DNA of 63,061 nucleotides, the filler included. It is 9 parts of 9 records of this genome, joined end to end, with 100 filler letters (N's around TTAATTAATTAA, not from the genome) between each part and the next. Parts side by side here need not be neighbours in the genome. Positions count along the whole stretch, not along the records: positions 1 to 11,680 come from SRR7504441_7641; positions 11,781 to 21,802 come from SRR7504441_7653; 7 more parts are not named here. One strand, written 5' to 3'. Positions 1-11,931 of this stretch are shown one piece after another. Made by a program: the position numbers and the translations under genes. Every line of letters starts with the position of its first letter. Within the stretch, counting starts at the first letter, position 1. The notes below the pieces were generated by a model that was given only the letters and a program-made list of their open reading frames with translations, ran no database searches and had not been told where the DNA came from.

Positions 1-101
1 CTCGCTGATCAAGCCCGGCATTTGTCCGTTAGAATTGCTGACGTCGACGCGTCCGGTGCGTGTGGAGCCGGTCTTGGTGCCTCGAGCCGACCCCGCCCTC
101 G

Positions 102-1424
102 ATGGAGCCAGTGCCGTGCGAGCTGCCTGAGCAGCCAAGCCCGGCCGTGCCCGGCGGGGGCAAGGGCTACCGGTGGGGGCTCTCCGGGGTCTATTGCGCT
201 GGATTCGTCGGCCTGGGGTTGATCATCTCGGCGCCCGGGCCTTGCCTGCTGGCGATGGCCACCCGGACCGGGAGCAGCCTGGACCAGCTCTCCGGGATCT
301 TCGTCGGCCGGGCGCTTGGCTACTTCGTGGGCACGCTGGCAGGGGGCAGCATGCTGGACAAGGCCCCAACCCACGGGAACCGCCTGATCGCTGCCGGGCT
401 GATCCTGAGCGGCCTGGCCACCCTGGCGGTACCGTTCAGCACCGGGCTGTGGCAGCTGATGGGTCTGATGGGCGCGGCGGGGCTGGCGATGGGCGTGCTG
501 GACACGGCCGGGAATGTGCTGCTGATCCGGCTGCACGGGCCGGCCGCAGTAGAGCCGTACATGCAGACCCTGCACTTCTGCTTCGGGCTGGGCGCCTGCC
601 TGGCCCCGCTGGTGCTGCGGGCCACGCTGGGGAACGGGCTGGTGTATGATCAGGCTTACTTTGGGTTTGGAATTTTCCTGTGTGCCGTCGGGTTGACTGT
701 GCTCTGGCTTCGCAGCCCAATGCCGCAGCCGCAGCCTGAGGCGTCGGCGGCCGGGGTGTACTGGCCGGTGGTGCTGGGCACCGCGGTGTTCCTCGGGCTA
801 TATGTCGGCCTCGAAGTGAGCTTTGGAGCCATGCTGCACTCGTTCAGTGTCGAGGGCCCTGCGCAGATGCAGCCGGCCCAGGGCGAGCTCATCACCGCCG
901 TGTACTGGGCCGGAATAGCGGCTGGTAGGCTGCTGGCCGTCCCGCTCTCACTGGTTCTAGCGCCCGAACCGATGCTTGTGCTCGACCTTGTCGGCTGCGT
1001 GCTGGCCGCGGGGCTGATGATGGTCGCCGGCCAGGTGCGGTCTGTGCTCTGGGCCTCGGCCGCCGCGTTCGGGGCGAGCATGGCCTCGATCTTCCCGACC
1101 GCGCTCAACCTGGCCGGGACTGTGATCGATGTGGACGGCCAGGCGGCCACGTTCATGGTGGTCGGGGCGGCTGGCGGCGAGATGGTGCTCCCACTGCTAG
1201 CCGGGGTGCTGTTCGAAAAGGCCGGCCCCACCTCGATGCCGGGCTTCACCCTGGCCGTCTCTGCGCTCCAGGCTGGCTGCTTTTACGTGCTGGCGGTCCG
1301 GGTGCGGCGGTTCAAGGTTGCGGATGAACAGCTTACGGAGCCTCGGGACGGGTTAGAGAAGGTGGAGCTCACTAGCATGGACGGTGACGACCCGATAACA
1401 CCTCGCCATGGTACTCTCGAATAG
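102..1424 (+). CDS. MFS transporter (MFSD4/NaGLT1/FucP-like), single exon
   Basis: ~440-aa ORF with about 12 hydrophobic segments; motifs GYFVGTLAGGSMLDK, MGVLDTAGN, LHFCFGLGACLAP, LYVGLEVSFG, ASIFPT. Confidence 0.85.
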   Translation: MEPVPCELPEQPSPAVPGGGKGYRWGLSGVYCAGFVGLGLIISAPGPCLLAMATRTGSSLDQLSGIFVGRALGYFVGTLAGGSMLDKAPTHGNRLIAAGLILSGLATLAVPFSTGLWQLMGLMGAAGLAMGVLDTAGNVLLIRLHGPAAVEPYMQTLHFCFGLGACLAPLVLRATLGNGLVYDQAYFGFGIFLCAVGLTVLWLRSPMPQPQPEASAAGVYWPVVLGTAVFLGLYVGLEVSFGAMLHSFSVEGPAQMQPAQGELITAVYWAGIAAGRLLAVPLSLVLAPEPMLVLDLVGCVLAAGLMMVAGQVRSVLWASAAAFGASMASIFPTALNLAGTVIDVDGQAATFMVVGAAGGEMVLPLLAGVLFEKAGPTSMPGFTLAVSALQAGCFYVLAVRVRRFKVADEQLTEPRDGLEKVELTSMDGDDPITPRHGTLE

Positions 1425-1774
1425 ATTCGAATATACTTACATCGTAATTAACTTCAGTGATCGTGCTACAGTTAGCTACATCGGCTACATTGATCAAACC
1501 AATCTTGCCGATTCTTCCGTGCGACCGTGCCCATCAGCGTGCCGACGTGCGAGGTTTATGCGAGGTATGCGAGGTTGTCAGCCTGGCCAAGGGACACTTT
1601 ATTCTCACGAGTTACTCACGAGTGCTGTCCAAAGTGACAAAGACGAGGAACATATAAGAACTTGTTAGCACTCTAGCACTCATCGCGTCATCGCGGTCAT
1701 CGGTCGACTCATGAGACATCGCCTGCAGATTGCCTGCACTCTGGCAAACCGTTGATGAACATTTTCGCTTCAAA

Positions 1775-4487
1775 ATGTCAATGCTCGCATCAGTCGGGGT
1801 GGAGCCGTCGCGGCTGGCGCGGCTTCAGGCCCGGTTCGCCTCGGTGCGGCTGCAGGCGGAGGAGGAGGCCCTCGAGGCGCGTCGGCCGGCTGGCCGGGGC
1901 TGAGGCCTGTCAGGAGCCGGACACTTCGCTGTTGGAGGACAGCCTGCTCGAGGACGACTCCCTGTTCCTCGCCCTAGAGCATAGCCCTGTCGAGCTCCGG
2001 CCGGAGCCGTCCGGGATGCCCGACCGCCGGTACTACAAGCAGGCCATGTGCTCCTCGCTGCTGTCGAGCCTGGGCCCGGCCCCAGTGCAGCACGACCAGC
2101 GCGGTGAGCCGATCAAGTCGATCCTCCGACGGGGCAAACGCCGGCGCAACAAGATGCGGATCACCTGGTGCCGCCCGGCCTGGGCGGTTCGATCCGGCGC
2201 GACAGGTGGGACGAGCCACCGAGCAAGCCACCAGCCAGCGCCAAGCGAGGGCTACGACCGCAGGACCCAAACAGCCGCCCGCCCGCAGCCAAACCGGCTT
2301 CCAGCATGCGCCCTCTGAGCTCGCACAAAGAGAACCTGCCGCCGAGCGCCCGGCGCTGGCAGCCGGATTCGCCCGAGGAACTGATCGGCACCTGGGTGGG
2401 CTGCCAGCGCGTGTGGCGCTAACCCGAGGGCAGTTGGCCGGGCCGGAACGGATGGACCGGGCGACGGCGGCGCTCGACCTGGCCGATTCCTTCGACGAGG
2501 AGCCCAACTACCGGCCGGCTTCACCGACGGCCTCCCGCTCCGCCTCAGCGGGCCGATCCAGGCCGGGCGAGGACCAGCCACCACCCTGGCGACGACCTGG
2601 CGAAGCAGTCCAGCGGAGTAAGCCTGCGCGCAAAAAGCCGTTGCCCCGGTTCGTAGGGGTGGGTCGGAAGCCGTCCGAGCGCCGGCGGCCGCTACCGTTT
2701 GAGCTGGAGCAAGCGGAGAAGCGGGAGCGGGGGAGCAAGCCGAAGCAGCCCAAGCCCAAGTTTGTTGGCGTACCGAAGCGGGCCAAGCAGCCGCCGGCCA
2801 GCAAGCCGAGCAGCGAGAGCATAGTGGCGATGGCCCTGTGGGAGCGGCAGCAGCAGGCCGACAGCGAGCCCAAGCCCGAGCCCAGGCCGAGCCAGCCGTC
2901 GGTCCCTTGCACTTCAAATGCCGTGCTGCAGGCGCTTGCCAGCCGACAGCAGCGCCAGACGAGCCAGGAGCGAGCCGGGCCGTCCCCAGCCGCTGGTTGG
3001 GCGCAGCCTGGGAGCCCATCTAGCATCTGCATCAGCGCAAGCAGCTCAGAGCCCAGCTACGCCAGCTCCGGGGTAGCCAGCGCCAAGCCGAGCCTGCACT
3101 TGAGCCTCGCTGTGCAGTCCGTATCTCCCCGGTCGCAGCAGGCCGCCGAGATCTTGGCGATGGCCGATTACAACGGCAACGGCGCGCTGTCGGTGAACGA
3201 GCTGCGCACTTTCCTGGCCGGGAGCAAGCACGAGCGGTTCATGCTGTGGCTAACCGATGGGCCCAAGCGGTTGCTTCAGTTTGACTTGGACCGGGACGGC
3301 GCCATCAGCCCGGTGATCCCCACCCGCCTGCACCCACTGAGCTGCGAGCAGGAGGAGCTCGAGCGGGCGGTCGGACTGTACCAACAGACCAACCGGACGC
3401 CCAGCCCGAGTCCGAGCCCGAGCCTGCCCGAGCACGACCGGAGCGGGAGCAGTGATCAGTGTGGCCCGGCCAGTCTTGTGCAGCAGGCGGTGCAGCAACG
3501 GACCGGGGTCTCAGTCAATCAGCAGATGCTGGCAAAGGTGCTCGAGCAGCGGCGCTCGCACGGGCAGCTAATGCGCGAAGCTGGCTCGCACCCCAAGCTG
3601 CAGCAGCTCAAGGCCGCCACACGCCCGCTGCCACCAATGCCGACTACTACCTCCCAGCCAGCGGCTGCACCGACGGCGAGCGTGCCAACTCCGAGCGCCG
3701 AGGAGGTATGAGCGTTTGGGCGCATCGGCTGAGGTAGTGCGGGCAGTTGTTTGAGGCTATCGACCAGGATGGGGACGGCGTGATCGACCGGCAGGAGTGG
3801 CGCAAGGCCATGAGTGGATGCGCGGACCGCTCGCAGGGCGGGCTCGAGGGCTTCTTCGCGAGGTTAGAGAAGGTGAAGCAGCCCAATCCAAGCAAGCAAT
3901 CGAAACCACAGCAGAGTGAGCAGCTAAAGAGCAAGCCGCGCTCGAGATCGCAGCCGCCCCAACTGCAGGCCAAGCCACAGCACACGAGGCAGCCGAGATC
4001 CCGATCACAGCCGCAAACCAAACCGAAGGCTGAAGCACAAGTTAAACCGGCCGAGAAAGTTGCAACAGCTCCACAGAAGACTCAAGCAGTCCCCCGACTG
4101 AACAGCGTTGGGAAGCAGCGGCTGCCGCCCCCACCACCTGCAGGCTCCACGCCACGCGACATCCCTGCGCCACAGCTAGTCACGCCACAGGCTGCACCTC
4201 CAAGGCCTCAAATCACTGTCAACCCCAGTGGTGGGCTCTCTCTGGTTTGGGATCTTTATAGCAACGCAGACAGGGAGTCTGTCAGCCACACATTGTACAG
4301 ATCCGAGTTTGGGCAGCATGGCGAGAGGGTGGTGGACAGCGTTGTCGAGATAGGCCTAGGCAAAGCCACCTGCTTTGAGGACAATGCGCTCAAGCCTGGG
4401 ACTATCTACGGCTATGTGTTGGTCGTGAGCGATGCACGAGGGCTTAATGTGCCCACTGAAATCGCTTACGGTAAAACCAATGCATGA
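1775..4487 (+). CDS. Multi-exon low-complexity protein with EF-hands and a C-terminal fibronectin-III-like domain
   Basis: Short introns join ORFs 1752/2168/2104/3747 in frame; EF loops DYNGNGALSVNEL, DLDRDGAISP|EEL, DQDGDGVIDRQEW; FN3-like LSLVW...LKPGTIYGYVLVV at the end. Confidence 0.7.
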
Positions 4488-5084
4488 ACCAACGGGACCT
4501 GAGCCAATTCGCCATGGCAGTGCTTCAATTGATCATGGTTCAATTTAATGGCTCAAGTTATGTCTCATTGTGCTATCATTGTGCGACTACATGTACAGAC
4601 CCCATACAGCCCTCAGATCTACCGGCTCTGTTTGTTTGCTACGCTGTACTTGTGCACGCACAGTGATGAGCTCAAGACTAAGCTCATTCTTGACAATCAT
4701 AACCTTGACGCACACAATCATATTAGATGTTATACTAAATAAGATTCACTTGTACTAACTATTATAGTTACTTGTACGAATACTTGCTACATAATTGTAT
4801 TGTAATTGTATTGTGTACGCAGTATGAATTGTCAAGATGTCATGATGTAAATAAATTTTTACTGATCATTCCAGATGTGCACATGGCATATCATGAACCC
4901 ATCACCTATCCATCTATATCCATCACCTTTGTGCAAGGCTGTAGATTAGCTGTACAATGTCATGTAGATGACACTGTAGTAACACTGTAGTAACACTGTA
5001 GGACATCGGAACCTTCTGATCGTCAACTTTTAACAAGCGGCCATCAAGTCAAGCTTGAGCCGAGTAGCTTTGAAGAGCGGCCAC

Positions 5085-6859
5085 TCACATGAACATGGGT
5101 GAGTGCATCGGCGACATGTGATAGACCGGGTTTGTGTGTTGGTAAACCGGTGAAGGGTGCGGTGACGGCCTCGGCACCGAGTGCTGCTCTGGCCTGCTCC
5201 GGCCGGCGGACACTGACCGACCTGCGGATCCTGCGCCACCTGCCCACACTCTGGCTCGCTCGCACGGGCTCAGCCACCTGTGCTCGCAGGAGACTGCACC
5301 AACAGAGCTGAAAGCTGGCGGGCGCGCCGTTGGATCTGGTCGGCAGTCATGTGCCCACTTGTCATAGCCTCCCACAGTCCGGTCACCTGCCGCGGGCTGA
5401 TCTGGGCCCGGGCCGGCCAGGTGCCTCATTGGCCTCGTCCGAGAGTCCGACCATCTGGAGCTGCTGGGCGGCGTGCATCAACCCGCGCTCGAGCTCGCTG
5501 TTGCCGTTGGAACCCGCCATCCGACGAGGCGTGACAGGCTCATCATCACGGGGCGGCGAGCGTGACTGGGAGACGCTTGGCGTGCGTGACTGGGAGCGCA
5601 TCGGGGTGTGCTGCGGAGTGTGCTGCGGGGTGTGCTGGCGCGGGGTCGAGCTCGGGGTCCGGTCGGGGGTGGTGCCCTGCCCGCCGGTCTGGCTCGCCCT
5701 CCAGCGGACCACAGCACCTGTGAGCCGAGGAGCTCGGTCCGCAGGCTGCTGACAGAGTTCCCTAGCTGAGAGCCGCCCGACTGCTCCATCCCCGAAACCA
5801 TCGGCTGCACCACTGCCCTCGGCCGGCGGCAGGTGGGCCGGCTGCCTGGGAGGGATGCTGCTGCCAGGACTGGATGTACTGAGGCCTCTCACGTGGCACG
5901 CTCCGGCTCCGGTACTGCTGCTCAACCGGGCTCTCCATCTCATACCCGCTCCGCGGCAGCCGGGCCCGCTCCTGCCGACCGGCTCGGCCGTCGTCCGGGG
6001 AAGGGGACGTACCGAGCTGCTCAGCGGGTGGAGGGGGTGATCGGGGCCGGCCATCAAGCCCTGAGGGTTGGCAGCGCTCCAGCCGCTCCATTGAGGACCC
6101 GGCCGCATCGCGCTCATCCGATCCACTTGGTACGGCTCGTGTGTGTCAATCACCTCTTTGGCCACCCTTCCAGCGTTGTTGGCCTTCTCACTCAGCTGCC
6201 CCAACCTCAGACCATCGCCAACCTCGCCCGCGACACCTCGACGATCTTGCGCTGGAGAACGTCCTCGCGCTCCCGGGCCACCCGACGCTCTTCAGCCAGT
6301 CGGTGCTGGTACTGTTGGGCCTCCTGTCCCACCGGGTGGGCCTGCTGCCGCAGCCGGCCGCCGACCTCCTGACGCATCCGGCGCTCGTCAGCAAGCGCCG
6401 CCCGGAGCCGTTGCTCAACGTTCTGGACCGGCGCGCCGGCGCTCGGGCTGATCGCCTCCTGGCCGGCGGATCACCGGGCAGGGCCTTGGATTGGGGCTGC
6501 CTGGAAGGCTCTCTCGCGCCGGTGCGCGTGTTGCTCCGCATGCCCGTGCGAGGCCCCGAGGTCGTTCCGGCTGCCGCAAGCCGTCAAAGCCGGGGCATGC
6601 CCGGGATCGCACGGTATGGACACCCCGTAGAAGGCCTCCGTGTTCGAGACCGCCGGCGAGGAGCTGCCAGATCGCTCAGCCGGCCGCGGCGGGCCCGAGG
6701 CCACCCCGCGGGCTGTCGGAGCGAGGGCGAGACGGAGCGCATCATGTGCGCCTGCGCCTGCGGGCCGCTGTACATGCTCGGGTCCACCGTCCATGCCACC
6801 CCTCCCTGCAGCGGGCTCGCCGACCGCGGCCGAGGGGGACTCACCCTCGAGGCGTCCAT
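5085..6859 (-). CDS. Multi-exon hypothetical coiled-coil/Ser-Pro-rich protein
   Basis: About 10 introns of ~38-42 nt (three with GC donors) give one continuous frame including a coiled coil (EQRLRAALADERRMRQE...). Confidence 0.55.
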
Positions 6860-6905
6860 TATTTTCAAGTTGTAAATTCTGAGGCATGCAGTTGGTTTTT
6901 TGTCC

Positions 6906-8799
6906 ATGACGGGCTCGGGCGCCGATCAGGCGGGCTACCAGCAGCTGTGCTCGCGCTGGCCGGACGCGATGCACTGCGTGCGCCCTGAGTGGTGCTGTGC
7001 TGACTGGGGGGCAGGCCCGCAAGCACGGCTGGGGCCCAGCAAAGTGCCTGGCGTTGGCTCCGTGCATCCCCGCGGAGAATGCCACCGGCTGGGTGGTCGC
7101 CAGGGTCCAGCGCGAGCGCCGGGCGGGCTGGGCCCTCCGCCGGATGCTGACCCGCGTCCACCCAGCCGCCGGTCCGGTGCGGGCTTGGGCCGGGGCGGCA
7201 TCCCGCAGGCTGGAGCGCGCACGGCATCAGGAGAGGGGCCGGCACATTGTTAGCGGGCTGGTCTGCCAGATGCACAGGCAGTATCCGGAGGCAGTGCTGT
7301 GCGCCAGGAAGGCCGGCTGGTCCAACCCGCAGATCGTGGCCGCGGCCGGCCCGATCCAGGCCAGGGTAGACCAGGTCACCGACCACGACCAGCAGCGGGT
7401 GGCGCTGGAGGTGGTGGCTGGGCTGGTCGATCGCGGGGTGTGCTCGCGGACTGGCCGGCTGCTCAGCCGGGAGTATGCGCAGCGGCTGAGGGCGGATGCG
7501 GCCTACAGGCGGATGAGCCGGCCAAGAGTGGCCGCTGCGTGGAGCAGCTGGCAAGCTGGAATTGCAGCAAATGTCCAGCCGGCCGATGTGACAAGCGCAC
7601 CCAACCCGCGCGCGCAGGAAGGGCTGGAGGCGGAGCTGAGGCAAGCCAAGGCAGCGGTGGCTAGTCTGAGGCTCAAGAGCGAGCTGGAGGCTGCTGAGAG
7701 AGAGTGCCAAGTCAGGCGAAGCATACACCCAGCCGCCGAGGAATTTGATCAGAAGATCAACGCCGCACTGGTCACCGTACGGGCCGGCCAGCTGGAGAGC
7801 AAACCAGCAGTACTGCGCAGCGGCTCGCCAGCGGAGTACCGGGAGGCGGCGCCGGCAGACCTGAGACCGGCCTGCCTGAGCCGGCCGGAGCCTTCGGAAG
7901 TGCTGCTGGGGAGGCTGGAGGGGGTGCTGGAGGCGGCCAAGCAACGGCAAGCCGAATGGAGGCTCGAGCAGTTCGATCAGGCCGCGAAGGGAATGGAGAA
8001 AGAGTTGGAGCGATCTACGCGCAGGCGGATCGCGGAGCTGGCAACGCAAATACAGTCGGCCCGAGCCAGTGGCGACCACGAGGGCGTGCAGCGACTCGAT
8101 ACCGAGCGTGCACAGCTCCAAGCCCTCGTGGCCTCGGGCGAATCCGAAGCACAAACTAAAGCGCTGGCTGCAGAGGATCAGGCTAAGCGGCTCTCCACAG
8201 TCGAACGCTACGTCGAAATCTTCTTTCGACCAAAGCGCGCTAGCAGCACCTCCACAGTCCATGACGACAAGGAGGAGGAGGCCTCCTCCACCCAGCCGAG
8301 CGCCCCAAGGGGGTTCTCCCCCGAAAATTACAAGATGCGGGTCCAAGGGCGCGCTAAGGGGTCAGATTGGCGGGATCGGGTGAATGAGCTGGAGCGAAGT
8401 CAGTTAGAGCAACTGGCCAGGGAAGCGGCTGAAGACGTCAATTGCTCCAAGGGATCCGATTGGCGGGAGCGGGTTACTGAGCTGGAGCGAAGCCAGACCC
8501 CAGACAAGCGGTTTGGAGACGATCTGGAAGAAAGCAAGCGGAGGCTGACTTTGGAGCATTTAGAGCAACTGGCCAGAGAAGCACGGGTTATAGAGTTGGA
8601 TGTTGATGATGAGAGCGACGAGGAGCGGGACGCTTGTTGGGGCATTACGAAGGACATGGATGTATGGAGCAAAGCCTTTAAGCGGCAAGAATCGAGATCT
8701 CGTGATCTAGATGCGTGCATGCGCATTGGTTGGCGAAACATCATGATACGCTATCGTATGATCACTACAATTATATCAGAACTATCAGACGTATACTAG
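6906..8799 (+). CDS. Hypothetical coiled-coil protein with an internal KGSDWR(D/E)RV.ELERSQ duplication
   Basis: ATG 6906, one short GT-AG intron, then a 600-codon ORF. Confidence 0.6.
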
Positions 8800-8872
8800 G
8801 GTTAACGTTTAATTAATTAAATGAATCATCTTGTCCTCGAATGCTACTCGATTACTACTTGATTAGGACTAA

Positions 8873-10978
8873 TTAGGACGTGGCAAGGACGGGCAGAGCA
8901 GTCAGTCGAAGGTAGGTGTGGGAGATGGGCACTAGCTCTACCTCCATCACGCCGCCCTCGCAACCTGATAGAGGCACCGGCGAGTCTGGCACGTGCCCCT
9001 TTGTGTACTGGCCCGACTTGTCGGCGACCAGGCAAGCCTTGGCCTTGAGGCGTGCTGGCGGGCTTGTCCGGTCGAAAGGCACCTCCGGGACCGGCTGAAA
9101 CCCGTCAAAGACCGCGCTGCTGTTGGGCTGACTGAGAGCGACCAGGAAGGGCTTGCTGGTGTCTAGAGTCACCTTGGTCTGGTGCACCATACCGAACGAG
9201 GTGGCGTTGAGTACCGTCTTGTTGACTAGCCCGGGCAGAGCCAGCGCGAACACGAGCGGGCCTCGGTGGACCTCGACCGCACCCCGAGCTGAGTTTCCTG
9301 GCCGGTCTGCATCTGCGGGGCTCGGCTGGGTCCATTTGTCTGTTAGCACCTTGACGGACTGACTGAAGGCGAGCGTGGCGCTGAAGCTGGCAGCCGACGG
9401 TAGCAGCCCCGGCACGCTGAACATTGTACAGGGCGGGGCGCTGATGGCGTGACCGTTGCCCACATTGAGCGTGGCCGAGTCGACCCAACATGGGATCCGA
9501 AGCATCAAGCCCCAGCTGGCCCCGGCGGTGCGGTTGATCGATATGGTCAGGTTGTCGGCGTAGGGATACTGGCCCGAGACGCCCACAGTGGCGCCACCGG
9601 CCAGCTGTGCAGTGTGTGGGGCGTAGCCAGAGATCACAATCGTGCTCGGCTGGCTGTGCAACGTCTGCACTTGAGACATGATGAACTTTGGCCATCCCTG
9701 GTGCACGTTCCCAGTGCAGCAGCCGTTGATCCCGAACCCGTCCCGGCCGTCCATGTGCACTTGATTAATCGAGTGATAGTACGCATTTCCGCCAAAGTTC
9801 TGGTCCGTGGTGGCTGGCATCGCATTAAACGCTATCCTCTCGAGCCTGTCATACATATCTACCGAGCCAGTGATCTCGTACGAAGTCCGGAGGCTGAACA
9901 TGCTCTCCACCACCGAGCAGGTCTCCACCCCGATTGTAGGCACGTGTGGCTTGACCACAGCGTTTAGGCAGTCAGGTGCAGTGAACGTACCGTCCGGTGA
10001 GCGAGCATACTTATCAATCCATGCGAGCGCGGCCGCCGAGTTGTTTTTATCGGCACTGGAGCCACTGACGCGCGACCACGTAGCCCCGACTTTGATTGCC
10101 TCCATGATGGTCACGCCGTGGTGCTTCTGGAACTCACGTTCTGCTGGGTCGCTCTTGTTTCCCCAGCACCGCACGGTGGCAGGGCTGGTGTCAGCAAACG
10201 GGTCGCCGGTCTCAAACCAGTCCTGCCAGCCGAGCACTTGCTCGCTCTTGCCCCGGACCAGCCCGAGCAGGTCAAACAGGAACTGGTCCGCGTGCCCGGC
10301 GTCCACCAGCCACTGCACGCCAACCAGCACCTCCGCGTACCGCGCGCTCCCCCATACGTCGGTCCAGAAGGCCGGGGACGCTGCCGCCACCTGCTGCTGC
10401 ATGAACCGGTAGTGCGCGAGCAGCGCCGCTTCCACCGCCGCCTGCGCCGTCCGGTTGGGCGCGAAGCTTCCGGTGCACTCGGCGAAAGATTCGAGCGCCA
10501 GCACGGCGTGCATCCGGCCCCAGTAATTGATCTTATTCCCCGAGGTTGGGGTCCAGGGGATGTCCCCGCCGATGGTCCCGTTGCGGCCCAGATGCCGCAG
10601 GATTTTGTCCACCGCCCGGTCGCGGATGTCGCGCAGCTCCGGGGCGTCCACCTGGCAGCTGAGAGGGAACATGCCGTTGATAAAGTACTCGCCGCCCTGC
10701 TCCTCGCCCCCGGTGTTCGGTCCAGGCATGTATTTGGAGAGTGCCGGCCCGCCGGGGCCCCAGGTGGCCAGGCCGCCGGTCATGCCCCGGGCCTGGATCT
10801 GGGCCTGCCGCAGCAGCCAGCCCGCCGGCTTGATCGCACCGGCCGGCAGCCGGTCGAGCACTGGAGGGAACAGCGTTCCGGCCCCGTGGGCGGTTACTGC
10901 GAATCCGAGCAGCAGCGCCAAACCCACTAGCTTATTGCCCGAGCACAGCCGCGAAGGATTCGGCCGACTCTGCGCCAT
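8873..10978 (-). CDS. Secreted GH127/GH146-like (DUF1680) beta-L-arabinofuranosidase-like glycoside hydrolase, intronless
   Basis: Signal peptide; LPAGAIKPAGWL, ETCSVVESMFS, ERIAFNAMPA, CCTGNVHQGWPKF, LRIPCW, RGPLVFAL motifs. Confidence 0.85.
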   Translation of the reverse strand: MAQSRPNPSRLCSGNKLVGLALLLGFAVTAHGAGTLFPPVLDRLPAGAIKPAGWLLRQAQIQARGMTGGLATWGPGGPALSKYMPGPNTGGEEQGGEYFINGMFPLSCQVDAPELRDIRDRAVDKILRHLGRNGTIGGDIPWTPTSGNKINYWGRMHAVLALESFAECTGSFAPNRTAQAAVEAALLAHYRFMQQQVAAASPAFWTDVWGSARYAEVLVGVQWLVDAGHADQFLFDLLGLVRGKSEQVLGWQDWFETGDPFADTSPATVRCWGNKSDPAEREFQKHHGVTIMEAIKVGATWSRVSGSSADKNNSAAALAWIDKYARSPDGTFTAPDCLNAVVKPHVPTIGVETCSVVESMFSLRTSYEITGSVDMYDRLERIAFNAMPATTDQNFGGNAYYHSINQVHMDGRDGFGINGCCTGNVHQGWPKFIMSQVQTLHSQPSTIVISGYAPHTAQLAGGATVGVSGQYPYADNLTISINRTAGASWGLMLRIPCWVDSATLNVGNGHAISAPPCTMFSVPGLLPSAASFSATLAFSQSVKVLTDKWTQPSPADADRPGNSARGAVEVHRGPLVFALALPGLVNKTVLNATSFGMVHQTKVTLDTSKPFLVALSQPNSSAVFDGFQPVPEVPFDRTSPPARLKAKACLVADKSGQYTKGHVPDSPVPLSGCEGGVMEVELVPISHTYLRLTALPVLATS

Positions 10979-11070
10979 TGAGACGACCAAACGTTTCCAG
11001 GTGCAAGGCCGTTGGTCAATCCAGGTAATACCGGCCCTCAGAACGACAAGCCCGTTGGGCTCGAGACGTC

Positions 11071-11680
11071 ATGGGCTGCGGCGGTGGGAAGGAGGAGGAG
11101 GGGCAAAGGGGGCCTCCAGGCGTGTGGGGCGGCGAGCAGCGCTACCTGACCGCTTCAGAGAAGAAGGCCTCCAGGGGCTTGGCGGCGCCCAACAGCAACC
11201 CCGGCCGGGCGCCCGAGCTGGCCCGTCGGCCCAACAGCGAGTGTTGTAACTTGCGCAGCAGCAGCACGTGCCAAGCTCGGTGCAGAGCATTCGCACTTTC
11301 GATTGGTGCTTGAATATAACGTTCAAGCGTGAGATTGAATCGGTGGTTCCAAGACGTGGAAGATGTCTGCCCTGTACGCGCTCGTGGCAAAGCTGCCCGA
11401 GTTCGAGGCAGTTGTACATGCCATGAAGGCCTCTGTGCCAGGTTCATTTCCTCAAGTGCATCAGAAGTGCATGCGTCCACAACGCTGATCATGACCCCGA
11501 AATCGACAGCATTGACTTAGCATTGACTGGAGTCAATCCATGCTTGAGCAAAGGAAGTCTGCTCCGATCGCCGCGAGTCTGACGAAGTCCAATGGGTCCA
11601 CCCACCAGAATATCACCACGTGACCAGTGTGCCAAATGCTGATCATGAGTGAGCTCGAGCCCAACATTTATTTTTCCAGA
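11071..11680 (+). CDS. Putative N-myristoylated/palmitoylated (MGCGGGK) protein, apparently rearranged, runs to contig end
   Basis: MGC start head-to-head with the GH127-like gene; coding-like text alternates strand downstream of 11266. Confidence 0.4.
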
Positions 11681-11780
11681 NNNNNNNNNNNNNNNNNNNN
11701 NNNNNNNNNNNNNNNNNNNNNNNNTTAATTAATTAANNNNNNNNNNNNNNNNNNNNNNNNNNNNNNNNNNNNNNNNNNNN
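11681..11780. other. Artificial contig linker
   Basis: N44-TTAATTAATTAA-N44, stops in all six frames. Confidence 0.98.
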
Positions 11781-11931
11781 TCCCTTCTTCATTGACTTGC
11801 GACCCATGTTGCTGCTTTGTGTACTCGCTCGGGAGTGTGGCGTTTTCTGTTGCAACAGAAAACGGCCAAAAAAACGGCAGAATGTAACGGACGGTTTCCT
11901 GTTTTAGATCACGGGGGCTGTTTTGGGAGTG

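Noticed and set aside
4640-5000. AT-rich spacer with a weak inverted repeat and a short tandem (gtagtaacact)
   Set aside because: Too short and degenerate to call a mobile element or ncRNA.
8809-8820. TTAATTAATTAA without flanking Ns
   Set aside because: Lies in a normal AT-rich convergent spacer with similar words nearby; not treated as a hidden linker.
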